A stretch of DNA of 64,000 bases, taken from a virus. A program made the position numbers and the translations under genes. Location: positions 1-64,000 of the IMG/VR virus record IMGVR_UViG_3300030106_005509. One strand, given 5' to 3'. Shown in pieces: positions 57,509 through 64,000 of the stretch. Position 1 is the first letter of the stretch, and each line of letters begins with the position of its first letter. A model generated the notes under the pieces. It worked only from the letters and a program-made list of their open reading frames with translations, did not search any database and was not told the origin of the DNA.

Positions 57509-60500
57509 ATGGGGATTGGGGACAATTTTGACACATCTAATATTGGACTAAGGAACGCTAGAACCGGCAGGAAATCTGGCCATGGACACTCATGGATGGA
57601 CGATAATGGCGGTCATCCTTGTAATATAGGTTGTGGATGTAAAGAAGTTTTCTACGGCGCTGAAGGCAATTGCTCTTTGCCTCCTGAGATTAGAGTCTCT
57701 ATTCTACAAGTCCCTTCTTACTGTTCAGATAATAATACTGATCCAGAAACCACAAACAATGTTACTACTGTTTTTGGTGAGTCTGCTACTGCTGATAAGA
57801 CCGCAACACAATGCGAAGCTAATAATGGCGTGTGCAAAAAAGATGGAGCTGAAATCTTTCAGTTCAACAGAGAAGGCACAATAATAGAAATAGTTGATAA
57901 GTACACCTGTGAGGACCCTGTCGCCGGAGGTACTTGGGAGACTAGCGGTACATTTCATAAAACAAGCAGAACGGTAGCAAGAGCAAAACAAGAATCTGCG
58001 GACTCTTTCTTACTCAGGTATAAGAACGGAGCATGGAGAGGAAGAAGAGCTTGTAGACAAACTCCAGACCCCTATCTAAATGATAGTGGCAGTTCGTACA
58101 GAATGTTTGGCAAAGAAGGTCATATTTATGATCCTGTAGGTGGAGCAACACCCGGAGCTAGGTTTGGGCGCACTAGTCGTGGTAAAGGCACTGTACCTAG
58201 AATTGATAGTATGCTTGGGGAAGCTCCACGAGAAGCAAAGTTTGGAACGCACTCTTTAAGAAGCTTCCTTATAGAATGGCTTCCTAACGATGTTCCATAC
58301 GGCACGGCTGAACCCGTACACATCCAGAAGATGAAAAACATAATCTTGATGGGTTCTGAAGAGACAGATACAGATATCATGGACAAACTTGGTGCGTCTT
58401 TTGATGAAATTGACGTTCCAGACGAAGACCCTATCAATAAAGTGACAGCCAAAGCCGGTAAATTAACTAAAGTAATAGCAACCGCTAATCCTTTCCTCGA
58501 AAATTACAAAGAAGCCATAGCTGTTTTGCACGAATCTAATGATTCTTATGATGAAAATCTGGGATGTTTGCAAAACGGCGAAAGATTTCATATACCACAC
58601 GCTTGTGCTAGACTGCTTCCAAATGGCGACATGGAAATGGCCTCTAAGAGATATCAAGTTTGTTACAAAGAGGTATGTACTGGAGCAAATGAAACCAGTA
58701 AATTAGCCTGTGAGGGAAAAGGTGGCGCTTGGGACATTCAATTCATTAGCGATTCTGAACCAACAGCAGGTCATGAAACGTCTTGCGAAGCTAGTGGAGG
58801 TAAAACATTTACAGGATTAAAGTATTTAGATGAATCTGAATGTGCTGAAGAAGCAAAATGTTTGACTGAAGATGATGACGAGGAATCTTCTACATTCGGT
58901 GAATTAATAGACGCTGAAGACGATGATGGAAATGTAATAACTGATAAATATGAGTGTTTAGCCAGAAGTATTGGAAATACTTATAAAGAGTTAGATCCAG
59001 CTGATATTCCATCTGTTGGCGACTTTGGGGGAACTGTAGAGCCTATAAATCACTGGACTCATGAGTGGCAAGAGTTGCACACTGATGACGCAGCAGCCAT
59101 AACTAACAAGCTTGACTTAATTATTGGAAGCTCCTATTCTGCGGGGAATGCTTGCTGTGATGGTCATATTGATAGAAAATCTCCGGGTTGGCATAACAGT
59201 ATAAGAAATGCTAACCAGTATGGATCTAGAGCCGCTGAAGTTCAAAATACCTGCACGGGAGAATATGAAGAAGTAACACTTATACCGGGAAGACCTAGCG
59301 GTAGTGTAGTAGATCTTTTAGGAGGAACTGGAGGAGGTCCTTCGTTCCACTCATCCCAAAGAGCTGACCAAGCTCAGTATGACGATATATCTATGGGTGG
59401 ATTTACTTTAGTCCACAAGCCTTGCACTTTTTACGGTAACTGTTTTGCTGAAGGAGCGGAAGATGCTGGTGTTGGTCAGGTAACTGTGCTAAGAATACCT
59501 ATGGATCAGATAATGAACTGCTCCAATTTAAGGCTAACAGATGCTCAAGACAAAACGTTTGGATGGAAAGAGCAGTTTGGTTGGTGGGGAAATCCAGCAG
59601 GCTTCTATCCCGGAGATCCTCAAGAAGAAAAAGACATACCATTTACCGGCAGACACCTTAATTACTGCCATACAAGAGGTGGAATGGGTGACGGCAATGA
59701 CGACGGAATTGCTGATTGGACTTCTATAGGTAAGCAAACCCATAGTTTTTACGGCAATGCTGGAGGTGAACATTGGGACACTCATGGAAATACAAACTTT
59801 AATTTTGGAAGTTGCGCAATAGCTCTATACTGGGAAAACCAGATGGGGTTAGTGCCTCACAATTCAAGATCCTTCCACAAACCCGGCGATTGGGCATTAA
59901 GAAAACTAAACCTTCAACCTCAACCCTTCAAGGCTACAGAAGCTAAGCAAAACTCTTATAAAAGTTTGAGAGAAGCTCAGAGAGATAAAAACCTCTTTGA
60001 CCTTTGGTTAAATAGTTTCTTTCTAGGGGGCGATATTGATCAAGTCCTTGTTTCAGGAATACTAGGAGGTCAGCGATTACACTGGCACAGTCTTGCTTAT
60101 TGGTTCGAGCATGATTGGATTGCCTACGACCTATTTCGAGATGCACAAGGTAAAATCCGCGTAGGGGATCTAAAGGTTCACTTTAAACGTATAGGTGACG
60201 AATTAAAACGAGCAAACGCCGGTAAAATGGGAAGGTTTGACCATGGCGGTATGGGTTCGACGGGAGGCCCAAGACAATATCCAATATGGAATATATTTGA
60301 TCACCCAAGAAAAAGAACCGATGGATGGTTGGAAGATGGTGAGTATCCAGACGACCATTGGGAAAAAGATAACGGCTTTAAAGAAGGTTATACTTGGCAC
60401 TTAATAACACACGCCAAGACTATACTAGGCCCTCACGCGTCCATGATGGCTGATGTTTATCACAATAGAAAAGAAAAAGGAAAAATACATGACAGTTTAG

Positions 60501-63500
60501 ACTACTGGGGAAGAACTGGGCTTTATCCAACAGCCGATGAACCAAGCTACGTAGTCAATACCTGTTTAGGAGCTGGTCCCGGAGAAAAGATAATAGAAGC
60601 CGCTTCAAACACCACGCCAATTGTTGTAAGAAGCACTGGTCATAGCCTTAAAGATGGAGACCATATACAAGTTAAAGAAGTTTCTGGGAATTTGTCTGCC
60701 AATGTAATGACTCTTAGAGAGTTTATGGAGGAACAGTGGGGTAAAAAACTAGCCGCAAAGTGCAAAGCGGAAACCTGTGATGATCCTTATTATCCATTTG
60801 CTGTATGTCCTTGTAATGGGTCAAAATCTTATAAAGATGATTCTGGTGTAGATCATTGCAGTGGGGTGATAATAGATGGCGAAGATCCTCTTCCAGCAGA
60901 CTTTTTTGTAGTAAAAGTCATTAATTCTGATGAATTTGCTTTATACACATGTGATGGATTTCCTGTAGATGGAAGAGTAAACACTTTAATTGGCGCAGAC
61001 TTTGCAAAATGCGAATCTTCAAACCCAGATCTATTTCCTAGATTATGTGCTTCAACTTTTTCTTCTGCTCATGAAGTTCCTACAACTAATTCCACTGTAA
61101 CCTTGAATAACGGTAAGTATGAAGTCGTCAGTGCAGCAGAAACAAAGTTTGAAAATGAATCAACCTGTCAGTCATATGGAAACTGTCTTCTTTTCAATCC
61201 GCCTTATGGAACTGGAACAACCCTTACAGAATCTGAATGTAGCTTATTAGCTAGTCAATATGATCACATTGATGTCGATGTTAAAGATGGCGCAGTCACC
61301 TATAAATACTACGAGTTAACCGGCGGTGCAGGACCAGCCTGTGGAAATGAGTGTTTTGAACCTTTACAATGGATAACTGAAAAAAATCTAGAAGCCATGC
61401 AGGGTAAGGGTACAGATCCAGAAGAGGGAGGATTGTCTAACTATCCATACTGCCCATTCACCGGCTATTGGCGTCAAAGTGATATAGTAGACCCGTATAT
61501 GGGACCGCCTAAAAATGATTACAGAATAGGCTGGAAAGAATTCTATAAAAAAGATACATCAAAAGCTGAAGACTATTATGTATGGATGGATCAAGAAGAG
61601 ACATGCCCTGTCTGCTGTGATCATTTCATGCCTAAAAAATTAAAAGCAACAGTAGCTGGTCATGCAGCTCACGGCGCTAGTACCATGCTAAACAGCTTGA
61701 TGTTAATAGGTAGTGTTACTACGACAATGCATGATCCTGATTCTGATGTCTGTATGGAAAGACCTAGTGGGAGTAACGGCGGATGGTCAGAAAGCTCAGA
61801 TATTAAAGATGGAATGTCTGGTGTCCCAGCAGAAGAAAGTTGGCAAGACCAATGTAATAGTGATGATGAGACTGAAAGAGAATTAGTAAAAGGCAAAAAA
61901 CAACAAGAAGTTCCTTGCGGTATTAATAAATGCACAGGTGAATTCCATCCTCATGTCATAAATTACTGGGGACTGCCTGTAGGTGGAGAGTTCTGTTGTG
62001 ATTGTGGAACTTATAACACAGAGCCTTTGAATTGGGGTCCTAACAATAAGCCTGCTGGTCCGGGACATCATAAGTGTTTTAAGTGCAGTAATGCTATAAG
62101 ATTTAATGACAACTGGACAGGTCTCGGAGGCCACATATCACATCCAGACAGTTCTGTGTGGGAGTGGGCAACTTCAGGCGCTTTGGTAGATAAAAACCGC
62201 GCTCTATGCTGTGAAGCTGAATGTAATCCGGGAGCAGGAGCTGGAACTTACCCAACTGCTCAAATGGTCATGGATGCTGCTCCTGATGGATGCAATCATA
62301 CAATAGGAAGCCTTACATGTAAGACTATGGATGTTGGCGGTGGCGGCGGAGAGGGCGGCGACGATGGAGAAGGCGAAGGCGGCGATGATGGTGGCGACGG
62401 TGGCGACGGTGGCGACGGTGGTGGCGGTGGTGACGATCCCGGTGATGCCGATGGCGGTGATGATAGCGGCGGTAGCACTTACGAAATGTGCATTTGCGGT
62501 GAAGACACTGGAGAAGCAAGTCAAGAAGGGATACCATGTTTCGGTTTCCCAAATGGAAGACCGATGAAATGCGAGCCTCCTGAAATTACAGGCTACCAAA
62601 TGGCGGGATGTCCATCAGGCAAAGGAGAAGTACATAGCAACGCAGAAGCACAGGGAGATGGATGTGGAGATCCAAACGTCTTTGCAATGCCAACAACTGA
62701 GTGTTATGATTTCGTACCTCGTCAAGGAATAGGCTACACAGGAGGTGATTATGATATCAAAGATGGTTGTTCAGGTCTTAGCTCAACGACAATCGACCTG
62801 AATTACAATGGCTCTCACTGGGTTTCTAACTGGGAACCCATGATGGGGGATTCTCCCTCTACTAGAAAATTAGGTAGCGGCAAAACACACACCGAATTTG
62901 TTGGGGGAATGTCTTGCAATCACTATCCAAATGTTGGCGCTCAATCAATATGTGCTGCTGGATATCCCGGATGTGTGGCTTATGACAAAGATACGTGTAA
63001 GGTTTGTGGCGGTAAATGGTTAAATCCAGAACCATTCCGATTAGCAGAGTCTACAGGTGGCGATTCAGATTTACCTATGGATGGAAATTGCGGCCAATGC
63101 GCAACAAGAAGCTTTACCGGCTATATAAAAGGTAGCAATTTAGGCCCTCCAGTTCCAACTCCATCAAAAGACGCTTTCCTAATGAGATTCCGTCTTGGGT
63201 GTGGAGGAAACTTCCAGCAATACTATGGCTCGGATGTGTTAAAAAATGGTGATTACTATCAAAACAACCAACTTAACATGTACATTGAAGTCAGTTCGTG
63301 TAAGTATAATTCCTGCAACAAACTAGCAGCCTTCAACGCCTTCAGACCTCCATGCCCTAACTCTTTAATAATAAACGACCCTAAAAATTCTGGCGGGCTG
63401 ACCGTCGATAGGGATGGAAAAATAGAGGACACTATATCAAGAACGATATCTGGAGGTAGTGGAGGAGATTTCAAATTAGCTGTCAATGGAGGAGATCCAT

Positions 63501-64000
63501 ACTGGAACGTACCTCAGTGTATCATTAATGGTCCTACTTCTGGTATCACAGGTTATTGCAGGTATAAGGTTCGTGGTCCTGCGGGAAGCGATGCCGCTCC
63601 AAATACTATAAAACCTTTTGATTGCAACAAACCCGCACCTCCAATAGAAGAATTACATCAAACTACTACTGTTGCCTATTGTCACTCTCTTGATGATGAG
63701 GGAACCTGCGAAGGAAAAGAGTTAGATGAATTTTGTTACGCAGAAGCATTCCCAGAGGGCTGTACTGGTGAGTTCATTCCCGGAGGGCGAGGGGCTGAAT
63801 TTTCAGGCACAGAATGGGATATGGACAATTGTCCAGCACAGCCAGCTGATCTTGATTGGGTTGGTAGCACTCCTACTGTAGATCTTCGCCGTCATGTAAA
63901 TCCTTCTGCTGGGTTTAACGATTGTTATAGCATAGGCTCCAATATTGATTTTGTATTTTCAGACCCAAGTGTTTGTGATGCTGCTTTTCCATGTACAGAG
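57509..64000 (+). CDS. giant Cys/Gly/Asp-rich virion protein (>=2164 aa), truncated by the window edge
   Basis: ATG 57509 after AAGGT. The frame reads open wherever I translated it (MGIGDNFDTSNIGLRNARTG... to ...DPSVCDAAFPCTE). Its absence from the ORF track is consistent with no stop before 64000. Confidence 0.85.
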   Translation, partial: MGIGDNFDTSNIGLRNARTGRKSGHGHSWMDDNGGHPCNIGCGCKEVFYGAEGNCSLPPEIRVSILQVPSYCSDNNTDPETTNNVTTVFGESATADKTATQCEANNGVCKKDGAEIFQFNREGTIIEIVDKYTCEDPVAGGTWETSGTFHKTSRTVARAKQESADSFLLRYKNGAWRGRRACRQTPDPYLNDSGSSYRMFGKEGHIYDPVGGATPGARFGRTSRGKGTVPRIDSMLGEAPREAKFGTHSLRSFLIEWLPNDVPYGTAEPVHIQKMKNIILMGSEETDTDIMDKLGASFDEIDVPDEDPINKVTAKAGKLTKVIATANPFLENYKEAIAVLHESNDSYDENLGCLQNGERFHIPHACARLLPNGDMEMASKRYQVCYKEVCTGANETSKLACEGKGGAWDIQFISDSEPTAGHETSCEASGGKTFTGLKYLDESECAEEAKCLTEDDDEESSTFGELIDAEDDDGNVITDKYECLARSIGNTYKELDPADIPSVGDFGGTVEPINHWTHEWQELHTDDAAAITNKLDLIIGSSYSAGNACCDGHIDRKSPGWHNSIRNANQYGSRAAEVQNTCTGEYEEVTLIPGRPSGSVVDLLGGTGGGPSFHSSQRADQAQYDDISMGGFTLVHKPCTFYGNCFAEGAEDAGVGQVTVLRIPMDQIMNCSNLRLTDAQDKTFGWKEQFGWWGNPAGFYPGDPQEEKDIPFTGRHLNYCHTRGGMGDGNDDGIADWTSIGKQTHSFYGNAGGEHWDTHGNTNFNFGSCAIALYWENQMGLVPHNSRSFHKPGDWALRKLNLQPQPFKATEAKQNSYKSLREAQRDKNLFDLWLNSFFLGGDIDQVLVSGILGGQRLHWHSLAYWFEHDWIAYDLFRDAQGKIRVGDLKVHFKRIGDELKRANAGKMGRFDHGGMGSTGGPRQYPIWNIFDHPRKRTDGWLEDGEYPDDHWEKDNGFKEGYTWHLITHAKTILGPHASMMADVYHNRKEKGKIHDSLDYWGRTGLYPTADEPSYVVNTCLGAGPGEKIIEAASNTTPIVVRSTGHSLKDGDHIQVKEVSGNLSANVMTLREFMEEQWGKKLAAKCKAETCDDPYYPFAVCPCNGSKSYKDDSGVDHCSGVIIDGEDPLPADFFVVKVINSDEFALYTCDGFPVDGRVNTLIGADFAKCESSNPDLFPRLCASTFSSAHEVPTTNSTVTLNNGKYEVVSAAETKFENESTCQSYGNCLLFNPPYGTGTTLTESECSLLASQYDHIDVDVKDGAVTYKYYELTGGAGPACGNECFEPLQWITEKNLEAMQGKGTDPEEGGLSNYPYCPFTGYWRQSDIVDPYMGPPKNDYRIGWKEFYKKDTSKAEDYYVWMDQEETCPVCCDHFMPKKLKATVAGHAAHGASTMLNSLMLIGSVTTTMHDPDSDVCMERPSGSNGGWSESSDIKDGMSGVPAEESWQDQCNSDDETERELVKGKKQQEVPCGINKCTGEFHPHVINYWGLPVGGEFCCDCGTYNTEPLNWGPNNKPAGPGHHKCFKCSNAIRFNDNWTGLGGHISHPDSSVWEWATSGALVDKNRALCCEAECNPGAGAGTYPTAQMVMDAAPDGCNHTIGSLTCKTMDVGGGGGEGGDDGEGEGGDDGGDGGDGGDGGGGGDDPGDADGGDDSGGSTYEMCICGEDTGEASQEGIPCFGFPNGRPMKCEPPEITGYQMAGCPSGKGEVHSNAEAQGDGCGDPNVFAMPTTECYDFVPRQGIGYTGGDYDIKDGCSGLSSTTIDLNYNGSHWVSNWEPMMGDSPSTRKLGSGKTHTEFVGGMSCNHYPNVGAQSICAAGYPGCVAYDKDTCKVCGGKWLNPEPFRLAESTGGDSDLPMDGNCGQCATRSFTGYIKGSNLGPPVPTPSKDAFLMRFRLGCGGNFQQYYGSDVLKNGDYYQNNQLNMYIEVSSCKYNSCNKLAAFNAFRPPCPNSLIINDPKNSGGLTVDRDGKIEDTISRTISGGSGGDFKLAVNGGDPYWNVPQCIINGPTSGITGYCRYKVRGPAGSDAAPNTIKPFDCNKPAPPIEELHQTTTVAYCHSLDDEGTCEGKELDEFCYAEAFPEGCTGEFIPGGRGAEFSGTEWDMDNCPAQPADLDWVGSTPTVDLRRHVNPSAGFNDCYSIGSNIDFVFSDPSVCDAAFPCTE
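62336..62477 (+). repeat. GC-rich (GGC/GGT/GAC/GAT) low-complexity repeat encoding a Gly-Asp/Glu linker
   Basis: GGGGGEGGDDGEGEGGDDGGDGGDGGDGGGGGDDPGDADGGDDSGG in the 57509 frame; includes tandem GGTGGCGAC units. Confidence 0.85.

Noticed and set aside
62204-62599. Poly-Pro/Ser, His/Arg-rich and Ala/Val-rich ORFs in the track
   Set aside because: Alternative-frame and antisense shadows of the Gly-Asp repeat within the 57509 gene
57633-63486. Short scattered ORFs suggesting a gene-poor or pseudogenised right end
   Set aside because: Explained by one continuous + strand ORF from 57509 with no stop in the window
1-64000. tRNA, rRNA, CRISPR array, integrase, tail sheath, stop-codon reassignment
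   Set aside because: None recognised by eye; intergenic gaps are short, and TAA, TAG and TGA all end genes cleanly under the standard code

Overview
This 64-kb window is the virion morphogenesis region of a large, AT-rich, standard-code tailed dsDNA phage. No tail sheath is seen, so it is probably siphovirus-like. The left ~1.5 kb holds short leftward genes, leftward promoter-like elements and a possible genome-end/packaging region. Everything else is on the + strand, in this order: a phage sigma-70-family factor; sulfotransferase and GDP-mannose 4,6-dehydratase; HNH and ERCC4-type nucleases; terminase large subunit; portal; prohead protease/scaffold; decoration protein; major capsid protein; a modular fibre cassette; a PRTase/sulfotransferase/methyltransferase/WavE block; neck and tail-tube genes; a 4413-aa tape-measure protein (TMP); large tail-tip proteins; and a >2160-aa Cys-rich ORF that the ORF track missed because it runs off the window. 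Most striking is the TMP. Five copies of a [FLY]AxGG...D(T/S)(V/I)PA(M/L)LTPGEFV...GG module divide it into ruler segments and cargo segments, which include a PD-(D/E)XK-like nuclease motif set and an ADP-ribosyltransferase-like domain. This suggests a tape-measure-borne effector polyprotein. Other signals are a GTGTATAAT late-promoter motif, a nested scaffold start, a structured intergenic RNA candidate, apparent CCWGG avoidance, and a possible virion glycosylation/sulfation system. All functional calls come from motif reading and gene order, not database searches.
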